This document shows positions 38,780 to 45,831 of a DNA stretch of 64,000 nucleotides, one piece after another (position 1 is the first letter of the stretch; every line of letters starts with the position of its first letter). Below the pieces are notes generated by a model. The model ran no database searches, had not been told where the DNA came from, and worked only from the letters and a program-made list of their open reading frames with translations. Position numbers and translations under genes: made by a program. Source of the stretch: a virus; IMG/VR virus record IMGVR_UViG_3300028800_000061, positions 1-64,000 of that record, one strand, 5' to 3'.

Positions 38780-38893
38780 GTGAAACCCGCAGCCAGGATC
38801 GCAGGATCCCTGCACCGGCACCAGCCGGCAGCGGGCGACCCTGCCCTGCGCTGGAATGGGATGGAGAAGGCCACCGGAGAGCCTTCCGGGTAG
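38780..38893 (+). CDS. Putative 37-aa leader peptide MKPAARIAGSLHRHQPAAGDPALRWNGMEKATGEPSG
   Basis: SD-like AAGGTGGT before GTG; stop 15 nt before terminator hairpin; below ORF-track cutoff. Confidence 0.55.
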   Translation: MKPAARIAGSLHRHQPAAGDPALRWNGMEKATGEPSG

Positions 38894-38908
38894 CACCAAG
38901 CTAACCGC

Positions 38909-38952
38909 GAAGGCCGCCCCCGGGACCAGGACCCGGCGGGCGGTTTTCTGTT
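38909..38952 (+). terminator. Intrinsic terminator / attenuator upstream of first tRNA
   Basis: GAAGGCCGCCC-CCGGG / CCCGG-GGGCGG followed by TTTTCTGTT. Confidence 0.7.
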
Positions 38953-38969
38953 AGCCGGAACAGTTTCAT

Positions 38970-39043
38970 AGGGATGTAGCTCAACTTGGTAGAGTAGCGG
39001 TCTCCAAAACCGCTGGTTGTGGGTTCGAATCCTGCCATCCCTG
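38970..39043 (+). tRNA. tRNA-Trp(CCA)
   Basis: Manual cloverleaf; GCGGT CT-CCA-AA ACCGC. Confidence 0.93.
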
Positions 39044-39169
39044 CGGAGCACCACCCTTCGGGGGGAATGTGCCTGGCACACCTTGATAACTCCACAGCGG
39101 AAACACCATGATTAACCGTTCCCGTCGCGCGGCGTGGCCAGCCGGCCGGTCGCGCGACGGGAACACCAT

Positions 39170-39243
39170 GGGGCTTTAGCGCAGCCCGGTAGCGCGCCTC
39201 GTTCGCATCGAGGAGGCCGCCGGTTCGAATCCGGCAAGCTCCA
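39170..39243 (+). tRNA. tRNA-Ala(CGC)
   Basis: CCTCG TT-CGC-AT CGAGG; G3:U70. Confidence 0.92.
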
Positions 39244-39321
39244 CGGCGGGAAGTTGAGGGTTCGAATCCCTCCTGGTCCACGCATTGGGCTGGTACCTCA
39301 ATTGGCAGAGGCCCGCATCTT
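39244..39321 (+). ncRNA. Circularly permuted tRNA-like element (3' half before 5' half)
   Basis: T arm 39256-39272, acceptor strands 39273-39279 / 39287-39293, D arm 39296-39311, closing stem GCGGG/CCCGC. Confidence 0.65.
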
Positions 39322-39394
39322 GGGACTGTAGCTCAGCTGGTAGAGCACCTGCTCGGCAGGCAGGGGGTCCGCGGTTCAAATCCGCGCAGTTCCA
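39322..39394 (+). tRNA. tRNA-Ala(GGC)
   Basis: CCTGC TC-GGC-AG GCAGG; G3:U70; C33. Confidence 0.9.
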
Positions 39395-39536
39395 CCGTCC
39401 CGGTTGCGGCATGCCGCACGATGGGGCAAGCGGTGTGCTGCCGCCAGCAACGTGTACGCAGTAAGGGCGAGCGGCCCGGAACTGGCTCCGTGACGACGGG
39501 GCAAAGCCGGGCGGCGGCAGTACGGGCCGTCTTTCA

Positions 39537-39613
39537 GGGGATGTAGCTCAGCTGGGTAGAGCAGCCGCCCTGCAAGCGGCAGGTCATCGGTTCGACTCCG
39601 TTCATCTCCACCA
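39537..39613 (+). tRNA. tRNA-Ala(TGC)
   Basis: GCCGC CC-TGC-AA GCGGC; encoded CCA; C33. Confidence 0.92.
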
Positions 39614-39709
39614 GGTGCCCGGTCTCGTGGCCTAAGCCGCCACGGGGCAGGCGGGCACCCCGTGGCCGGCGTGCCTCCCGGGTGGCTCCCGGGCCGCCGG
39701 CCACGTGAA

Positions 39710-39783
39710 CGGGATGTAGCGCAAGCTGGTAGCGCACCTGGTTTGGGACCAGGGGGTCGTCGGTTCGATTCCGGCCATCCCGA
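39710..39783 (+). tRNA. tRNA-Pro(TGG)
   Basis: CCTGG TT-TGG-GA CCAGG. Confidence 0.94.
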
Positions 39784-39787
39784 CTAC

Positions 39788-39861
39788 GGCTACTTAGCTC
39801 AGTCGGTACGAGCGCGCCCCTGAAAAGGGCGAGGGCCCCCGTTCGATCCGGGGAGTAGCCA
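39788..39861 (+). tRNA. tRNA-Phe(GAA)
   Basis: CGCCC CT-GAA-AA GGGCG. Confidence 0.93.
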
Positions 39862-39865
39862 CTGT

Positions 39866-39937
39866 GCGGGCGTGGCCGAATGGTTTAGGCACCTGGCTTC
39901 CAACCAGGACACGCAGGTTCGATTCCTGTCGCCCGCT
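39866..39937 (+). tRNA. tRNA-Gly(TCC)
   Basis: CCTGG CT-TCC-AA CCAGG. Confidence 0.93.
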
Positions 39938-39941
39938 CTCC

Positions 39942-40014
39942 GCGCCGCTAGCTCATCTGGCAGAGCAGCAGACTCTTAATCTGCGGGTGCGGGGTTCGAG
40001 TCCCTGGCGGCGCA
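39942..40014 (+). tRNA. tRNA-Lys(CTT)
   Basis: GCAGA CT-CTT-AA TCTGC. Confidence 0.94.
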
Positions 40015-40036
40015 CACAGAAACGGGGGTGAAGGCG

Positions 40037-40567
40037 ATGAGGCCGGCGATCCTGATCGACGTGGATGAGGTCCTCAACCCCTCGTTCCGCTGCAACCCCC
40101 CGTACTGCCGGTGCCACCCCCACTGGATCCGGGCGTTCGCTTACGCCCGGGACGGGCAGAAACTCAAGCTGATCCTCAACCCGGCGCACGGCCCGGCCCT
40201 GCTGCAGCTGGCCGCCGACACGGGTGCGGAGCTCGCCTGGTGCACATCCTGGGAGGACCAGGCCAACGACGACATCGGACCCCGGATCGGCCTGCCCCGG
40301 CTGCCGGTGGTCCCGTACCCGCCCCGCCCGAAAACAGGCCCTGGCTCAGTACTGGCCGTGGGCGCGTGGAAAGCACGCCACGCCGTGGCATGGGCCGCAC
40401 GCCGCCCGTTCGCATGGTTCGAGGATGAGCCCGACGCGGGCCCGGAATGCTTCCGGCTCCTCGGTGCCGCACCGCACCTGGTGATACCGGTGGACCGCCG
40501 GACCGGGCTGACCGTGGGCCACATGAACGAGGCTTGGGACTGGCTGAGCGAGCTTACGCGGGCGTAA
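40037..40567 (+). CDS. HAD-domain phosphatase (Swiss-Army-Knife RNA-repair type)
   Basis: LIDVDEVLNP, WCTSW, FAWFEDE, GLT. Confidence 0.82.
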   Translation: MRPAILIDVDEVLNPSFRCNPPYCRCHPHWIRAFAYARDGQKLKLILNPAHGPALLQLAADTGAELAWCTSWEDQANDDIGPRIGLPRLPVVPYPPRPKTGPGSVLAVGAWKARHAVAWAARRPFAWFEDEPDAGPECFRLLGAAPHLVIPVDRRTGLTVGHMNEAWDWLSELTRA

Positions 40568-40632
40568 CCCAATCTGGCAGAGGTGGCAGTCTCAAAAGCT
40601 GCACGGTGCGGGTTCGAGTCCCGCCGCCCGCA
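40558..40632 (+). tRNA. tRNA-Leu(CAA), short variable arm
   Basis: GCAGT CT-CAA-AA GCTGC. Confidence 0.88.
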
Positions 40633-40633
40633 C

Positions 40634-40933
40634 TCACCTGACGAAGGTGAACATCTCGGTCAGGTGCAGGATATCGAGTAGCCGGCGGACAGCCTGTGAT
40701 GGTGCCCGCAACGCCAGCGTGCTGCCTGTCTCTGCCGCCAGTTGTCGGGCGGCGAGTAGCACGCGGATCCCTGATGCGTCCATGAATGACACTGCGGACA
40801 TGTCCGCGATCAGGTCAACCGGGCCGCCGTAGAGGACAGTGCTCATGGCGTTCCCCATGGCAGCGCAGGTGGCGATATCAATCTCGCCGGAGATGCGAAC
40901 TGTGGTGATGGTGGACAGCAGAAGGTCTGTCAT
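40634..40933 (-). CDS. STAS-domain anti-sigma-factor antagonist
   Basis: SGEIDIAT, DMSAVSFMDASG, VRRLLDI. Confidence 0.88.
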   Translation of the reverse strand: MTDLLLSTITTVRISGEIDIATCAAMGNAMSTVLYGGPVDLIADMSAVSFMDASGIRVLLAARQLAAETGSTLALRAPSQAVRRLLDILHLTEMFTFVR

Positions 40934-41091
40934 TGCGGGGGCCCTCCGCACTTGTGCAGCGCGATAGGGCTGGGTCCGGACCCTTTGGCGGCGACTATAT
41001 CCCGATCATGAGCGGGGTTGTCCAGGCACATTGGCAGAGTCTAGGCGATTAGGCAATTGCAAGATGTTCCGGCCCGTAGGGCTGGGAGTAA

Positions 41092-41163
41092 TGCCGGGTG
41101 GGGTAATTGGCAGCCCGCGAGGCTCTGATCCTCGTCGTGTAGGTTCGAGTCCTGCCCCGGCAG
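41092..41163 (+). tRNA. tRNA-Gln(CTG)
   Basis: CGAGG CT-CTG-AT CCTCG; U1:A72. Confidence 0.92.
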
Positions 41164-41175
41164 CTAAGATGTTGC

Positions 41176-41247
41176 GCCCCCGTAGCTCAGTGGTAGAGCG
41201 ACCACCTCGTAAGTGGTAGGCCAGCGGTCCGATTCCGGTCGGGGGCT
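41176..41247 (+). tRNA. tRNA-Thr(CGT)
   Basis: ACCAC CT-CGT-AA GTGGT; atypical T-loop TCCGATT. Confidence 0.88.
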
Positions 41248-41264
41248 CAGGGAGACCGGCAGAG

Positions 41265-41292
41265 ACGCCCTGTCCTGGCCAGGACAGGGCGT
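41265..41292. repeat. 28-bp perfect palindrome
   Basis: ACGCCCTGTCCTGG|CCAGGACAGGGCGT. Confidence 0.9.
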
Positions 41293-41395
41293 GCGATACC
41301 GGAACTGTCTCCCAGGTCCCGGCCAGGAGATGGCCACCTGGTCAAGGAAGCCAAGTCCTGTATCATGGCGCTACGGTCATCAAACCTGTTGACTG

Positions 41396-41466
41396 CGGCG
41401 CCGGCGGGATTCGAACCCACACCCAAACCATACGACTGGCATGCTCATCCATTGAGCTACGGCGCC
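41396..41466 (-). pseudogene. Antisense tRNA-like gene, undetermined anticodon
   Basis: Intact acceptor, D and T arms; anticodon arm TGCCA GTCGTA TGGTT has a 6-nt loop. Confidence 0.7.
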
Positions 41467-41601
41467 TGAAGCTGGCCCGTACGACCGTGTCCGCCAAGGC
41501 CTGGTCGTCGGGCCTTCTTCCATCTTGGGTGGCTGATGGACAGGGACCGGATTCTCCCACCCGGCTTGGCGCACGGAACCGGTGTACGTGTTGCGGGCCG
41601 C

Positions 41602-41675
41602 GTCCTCGTAGACCAATGGCAGGAGTCACGGCCCCGAGGAGGCCGGCAGTGTGCGTTCGAATCGCACCGAGGACA
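41602..41675 (+). tRNA. tRNA-Leu(GAG), short variable arm
   Basis: CGGCC CC-GAG-GA GGCCG; C33. Confidence 0.85.
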
Positions 41676-41676
41676 C

Positions 41677-42024
41677 ATGAGCGATGACTACGACCTGACC
41701 TCCGTGCATTACGCCGAGCCGGTTTTCGGCATGCAGATGGGCACCGGGGTCCTCCGCACCCACGGCGCCTCGGCTTGCGCCGGCCGGGCCTGCTGCATCC
41801 ACAACCCGTCCGCCCATCACATGCGCGGCTGGGAGATGAACTGGCGCGGTGACCTGCGCGTAATGGAGCGGATCTGCCCGTGCCATGGCGTCGGCCATCC
41901 GGACCCGGATGATGTGGCGTACCGGCGCTTGATCGGCCGCGGCGGTGGCACCCACGGCTGCCATGGGTGCTGCCATGCCGGCCATGCGCCGGATGATGGG
42001 ACCGGGCACTCTATGCCCCTGTAG
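41677..42024 (+). CDS. Cys/His-rich phage-type protein
   Basis: CCIHNPSAHHM...MERICPCHGVGHPDPDD...HGCHGCC. Confidence 0.72.
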   Translation: MSDDYDLTSVHYAEPVFGMQMGTGVLRTHGASACAGRACCIHNPSAHHMRGWEMNWRGDLRVMERICPCHGVGHPDPDDVAYRRLIGRGGGTHGCHGCCHAGHAPDDGTGHSMPL

Positions 42025-42091
42025 CTCAGTTGGCAGAGCAGCCCCCTTGTAAGGGGCAGGTCGCAGGTTCAAATCCTTGTCAGGGGCTCCA
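42015..42091 (+). tRNA. tRNA-Thr(TGT)
   Basis: GCCCC CT-TGT-AA GGGGC; encoded CCA. Confidence 0.9.
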
Positions 42092-42149
42092 TAACCGGCC
42101 AGACTGTTACAATGCGTGACATCCTGGGTTTTCCTGGCCGGAGGCCGCA

Positions 42150-42485
42150 GTGACCAAGCAACGATCCCCCTGGCTTCTCATCCTGATCTTGGTTGCCAGT
42201 TACGCGATCGGCCACCTGGCCGGCCTGATCCTCACCGCCGTGATCGCGTTCCTCGCCTACCTGGTGTCCGTTCGGATGAACCCGCGGATCGCGTGCCGCA
42301 AATGCGACGGCAAAGGCCGGTTCAACGGGTGGCTGTTCACCTGGGTGTGGCACTTCTGCCACCACTGCGCAGGCAAGGGCGCCGGAATCCGGTGGGGTGC
42401 GGCACGGTGGGGGACTGAGGCCGCCCGCGCTGAAGCGCTCCGGAACCAAACCACGCTGAAGAACGCGACCACTCGACGCCGCTGA
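42150..42485 (+). CDS. Membrane protein with CxxCxGxG Zn finger
   Basis: SD GGAGG; two TM; CRKCDGKG, CHHCAGKG. Confidence 0.72.
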   Translation: MTKQRSPWLLILILVASYAIGHLAGLILTAVIAFLAYLVSVRMNPRIACRKCDGKGRFNGWLFTWVWHFCHHCAGKGAGIRWGAARWGTEAARAEALRNQTTLKNATTRRR

Positions 42486-42503
42486 TTAGAAGGAACCGCC
42501 GCT

Positions 42504-42992
42504 TTGGGTAGCAAGCATGAACGGCACGCACGATCCAAGGAGTGGGACACCCCACCAGCCCGATCCGCTGAGGTGCGTGCCGCTGCGGTAGCAGACCAGG
42601 GCGAGCCGGTGAAACGGACCCCGGCCCGGAAGGACACAGCCCGCTGGTGCGGCGGTCACACCGGTCGTGAACACGCCCCGCATCTGATGACACCGGCAGA
42701 AACGACTGGGTGGCGGCAGCGCGCATGCGGGTGGGTGACCACCTGGGACCGCAGGGAACGCGACTACAAGATCGCATGGCGTTGCGGGCACTGGGTGCGG
42801 TGCGGGCAGTGCGGCCGGACCCTCCGTGACATCGGATCCCTGGAGCTCACCGAGTGCAAGACTTACCCCGGGACCAAGGTGCAGCGCGCCGCAGCCGAGG
42901 CAGACCTGGCCGACTACCGGGTGCGCAGGGCGAAATGGGCCAGGCGCAGGCTGGTGATCAACGGGCCACAGGGATACCGCAGATCCCGTTAG
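42504..42992 (+). CDS. Cys/His Zn-binding protein
   Basis: SD AAGGA; RWC...H.PHL...WRCGH...CGQCG; paralogous to 51267-51716. Confidence 0.7.
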   Translation: MGSKHERHARSKEWDTPPARSAEVRAAAVADQGEPVKRTPARKDTARWCGGHTGREHAPHLMTPAETTGWRQRACGWVTTWDRRERDYKIAWRCGHWVRCGQCGRTLRDIGSLELTECKTYPGTKVQRAAAEADLADYRVRRAKWARRRLVINGPQGYRRSR

Positions 42993-43177
42993 CCCGGTTC
43001 GACGTAGTAGCCGACACCAGGAAAGCCGCACACAGGGCAGTCGTTCTGCGTGTGATCCGATCCGGGGATGCCGGCGCACGCTGCCACCAGCAGGGCACGG
43101 TACGCCGCGGTGTACTTCTCGCCTGTGCGCTCCATGCGCTCCCGGACGAGATCCTTGAGTTCGCCGCTACCTGTCAT
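42989..43177 (-). CDS. Small hypothetical protein
   Basis: KDLVRERMERTGEKYTAAYRAL. Confidence 0.55.
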   Translation of the reverse strand: MTGSGELKDLVRERMERTGEKYTAAYRALLVAACAGIPGSDHTQNDCPVCGFPGVGYYVEPG

Positions 43178-43370
43178 CGTTCATCCGCTGCCCGGCGGCC
43201 GCTGCCCGCGCTCCGGTCGCCGTGATTGCTGGGCGATGACAGTAGGTGGTGAACGCGATCCCGAACTTTGCGGTTCGTGGGGTCCTTGTCCTCGGCGCTG
43301 ACGTGGACGCGGGCCGCGGCAGCTCGGAGAGTGGCAGGCGCTCTCAGCCAACCGGAAGTGTAACAGCCGA

Positions 43371-43446
43371 TGGGGAATAGGGTAATCAGGCAGCCCGCCA
43401 GGTTTTGGCCCTGGGTCTTGTGGAGGTTCGAGTCCTCCTTCCCCAG
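43371..43446 (+). tRNA. tRNA-Gln(TTG)
   Basis: CCAGG TT-TTG-GC CCTGG. Confidence 0.88.
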
Positions 43447-43469
43447 CTAGCAACGGGGAGGGACCGTCA

Positions 43470-44027
43470 ATGTCGAACCGGTTCGTGACGGCAGACCTGC
43501 ATCTGATGCACATCGCTCAGTCCGGCCGCCGTGGTTACGCCACTGCCGCCGAGCACGATGAAGCGATCATCACCACATGGAATGAGATCGTGCGACCGCG
43601 CGACATGGTGATCGTGCTCGGCGATGTCGGCGTGGCCCCATCCCGGCTGTTCCTGCCGCTGATCGGGCAGCTGCACGGCACCCTGGACTTGATCTCCGGC
43701 AACCACGACGAGGTACACCCGATGCACCGTGGCGCGGCGGCGAAGATGGCGGCGTGGATAGGGCCCGGACGGTTCCGGTCGATCGGATCCCAGGGCATGC
43801 TGCGGGCTGGCACGCACCGGGTAATGCTGTCCCACTTCCCGTACAAGGGTGATCACACAGCGAAAGACCGGTGCGCGGAGTGGCGTCCCCGGGATGAAGG
43901 GTTGCCGTTGTTCCACGGGCACACGCATTTCAAGGATCGCGGCGGCGGCCAGGTGGTCCATGCCGGCTGGGATGCGTGGGGAGCACCTGTCCCAGTCGAT
44001 ACGCTGTGTGCGTTGATTGCCGCGTAA
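43470..44027 (+). CDS. Calcineurin-like metallophosphoesterase
   Basis: ADLH, LGD, GNHD, SHFP, HGHTH. Confidence 0.92.
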   Translation: MSNRFVTADLHLMHIAQSGRRGYATAAEHDEAIITTWNEIVRPRDMVIVLGDVGVAPSRLFLPLIGQLHGTLDLISGNHDEVHPMHRGAAAKMAAWIGPGRFRSIGSQGMLRAGTHRVMLSHFPYKGDHTAKDRCAEWRPRDEGLPLFHGHTHFKDRGGGQVVHAGWDAWGAPVPVDTLCALIAA

Positions 44028-44033
44028 ATTTAG

Positions 44034-44106
44034 GCCGCTGTAGCTCAGCCGGCAGAGCACCTGCATGGTAAGCAGGAGGTCCCGGGTTCGATTCCCGTCA
44101 GCGGCT
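44034..44106 (+). tRNA. tRNA-Thr(GGT)
   Basis: CCTGC AT-GGT-AA GCAGG. Confidence 0.92.
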
Positions 44107-44157
44107 CGGCGGGGGAGAGTTAACCAATCTAGCGCCTGGACGCTCTCCCCCGCGCGT

Positions 44158-44230
44158 GTGGATGTGGCTCAGCTGGTAGAGCATCACCTTGCCAAGGTGA
44201 GGGTCGCGAGTTCGAATCTCGTCATCCACT
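44158..44230 (+). tRNA. tRNA-Gly(GCC)
   Basis: TCACC TT-GCC-AA GGTGA. Confidence 0.95.
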
Positions 44231-44300
44231 CCGGTTGCCCAGTTCCCCGTAACTTGGTATAGTTGAGCAAAACTAGGTTACGGGAAGCTGGGATCTTGAT

Positions 44301-44528
44301 ATGGCAGAGCTGCAGGCCATCCTCGCCATCCAAATCGCCGGGGACCGTCCCGGCGGCGGGCGCACCTACTCCCACGAAGAAATCCTCGACGGGGCCGACT
44401 GGGCAACACGTGCGCAAGTACTGGATCACATGCTCAGCCAGATTGACTTGCGATACCGCACAGCCACAGAGACCTCACGAGCCGATATGACCATCCTCAA
44501 TTTCACCGTCGAGCCGAACAACCTGTGA
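44301..44528 (+). CDS. Hypothetical protein
   Basis: Protein-like ORF after hairpin 44238-44293. Confidence 0.5.
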   Translation: MAELQAILAIQIAGDRPGGGRTYSHEEILDGADWATRAQVLDHMLSQIDLRYRTATETSRADMTILNFTVEPNNL

Positions 44529-44566
44529 TGGAACGGCAACTCCGCGGTGGCGAGGTGGGCGGCTAG

Positions 44567-45244
44567 TTGCTGTACCTCGCAAACCCGTCAACGACGCCTA
44601 TACGGCAAGCCATGACCAGCTATGAACTCGGCTGCATCATCACCCCCAGGCAAGGCAACCGCCTCCCCAGGGAAGCGCTCTGGGGTGCCGACAACGGGTG
44701 CGGCCCTGGAAAAAACGGCATGATCGGCCAAGGGTTCCCCGGCTACGAGCCCTTCCTGGGAATGCTCCAAGACCACGCCGACTACGCCGACGATTGCTTG
44801 TTCGCGGTAGCACCCGATGTGGTAGGCGATGCGGACGGGACGCTTAAACGGTCCAAGTGGATGCTCGAATGGATCCGTTACGCCGGCTACCCGGCCGCGC
44901 TCGCCGCTCAAGACGGACTGGAGAACCTGACGGTGCCCTGGGATGATTTCGACGCCTTGTTCATCGGCGGCAGCACAGCGTGGAAACTTGGCGCCGCGGC
45001 CCGCCGGCTGATCGCCGAAGCGAACCGGCGGAACAAGTGGGTTCACATGGGCAGGGTCAATACACTGAAACGTCTCCGGTACGCGGCCACGGTCGGATGT
45101 CACAGCGTAGATGGCACGTTCCTCACATTCGGCCCGGATATCAACCTGCCGCGGCTGCTCCGGTACCTCCGGATCGTCAACACGCAACCAACTTTGTGGG
45201 CGTCGAGCTGGCCGCCGCCGCTCCCGTTGACGGTCGCAGCATGA
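44567..45244 (+). CDS. Queuine tRNA-ribosyltransferase (TGT/DpdA)-like protein
   Basis: ADNG, APDVVGD, AQDG, FIGGST, VHMGRVN, SVDGT, matching the TGT-fold pattern. Confidence 0.7.
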   Translation: MLYLANPSTTPIRQAMTSYELGCIITPRQGNRLPREALWGADNGCGPGKNGMIGQGFPGYEPFLGMLQDHADYADDCLFAVAPDVVGDADGTLKRSKWMLEWIRYAGYPAALAAQDGLENLTVPWDDFDALFIGGSTAWKLGAAARRLIAEANRRNKWVHMGRVNTLKRLRYAATVGCHSVDGTFLTFGPDINLPRLLRYLRIVNTQPTLWASSWPPPLPLTVAA

Positions 45245-45831
45245 CCGGCCAGATCCATGTAGCAGGCGAGGGTCAGCAGCTTGCCTTGCCGGGAACGCTA
45301 TGGCCAGCAGGCTGCGACCGCGGGCAAGGAGACCCGCTGTTCTTCGGGAAGCTTAAAAAGGACCAGGCGAACGACCTGATCGCAGCGTTCGGTCACCCAC
45401 TCGGCCCGTTCACCCGCCCGTTCGGGTACCAGGCATGGGGCCTGGCGATCGATGGGCAAGCCGTCGCTGTCGCGATATCCGGATCAACTGTCGGCGCGAC
45501 CTCTGCCGGATACAAGCGCAGGCAAGTTGTCGACCTCGCCCGGATCGCACGCCACCCAGACCACCCAGGAGTCATGAGGGTCATGCTGCGCTTGTGGCGG
45601 GACTACCTCGCGCCGCGGTGGGATTACGGAGACGGGCAGGTGCAAGCCGCTGTCTCCTACGCACTGCCCGGCAAAGCAGGGAACCTGTACCGGTTCGACG
45701 GGTGGAAGCTTCACGGGTACTGCAAACCGTGGGCTGGCGGCGGCACCTGGAGCAAACCGTCGAAAGCGAACGGGATGGCTGATGGGGTAAAGAAGCTGTT
45801 CTACTACGAGTACCCGCAGCGGGTGGCGTGA
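45241..45831 (+). CDS. Mom-like GNAT-fold protein
   Basis: AVAISG...DLARIA...AVSYA...GNLYRFDGWK. Confidence 0.6.
   Translation: MTGQIHVAGEGQQLALPGTLWPAGCDRGQGDPLFFGKLKKDQANDLIAAFGHPLGPFTRPFGYQAWGLAIDGQAVAVAISGSTVGATSAGYKRRQVVDLARIARHPDHPGVMRVMLRLWRDYLAPRWDYGDGQVQAAVSYALPGKAGNLYRFDGWKLHGYCKPWAGGGTWSKPSKANGMADGVKKLFYYEYPQRVA

Noticed and set aside
38354-38970. Possible GOLLD or other large ncRNA before the array
   Set aside because: Only about 200 nt lie between promoter and terminator, too short; the leader-attenuator model fits better (Rfam search not run)
41057-41083. TTGCAAGAT...CCGTA motif also at 54602, possible alternative-sigma promoter
   Set aside because: Only two copies with different spacing; not enough evidence
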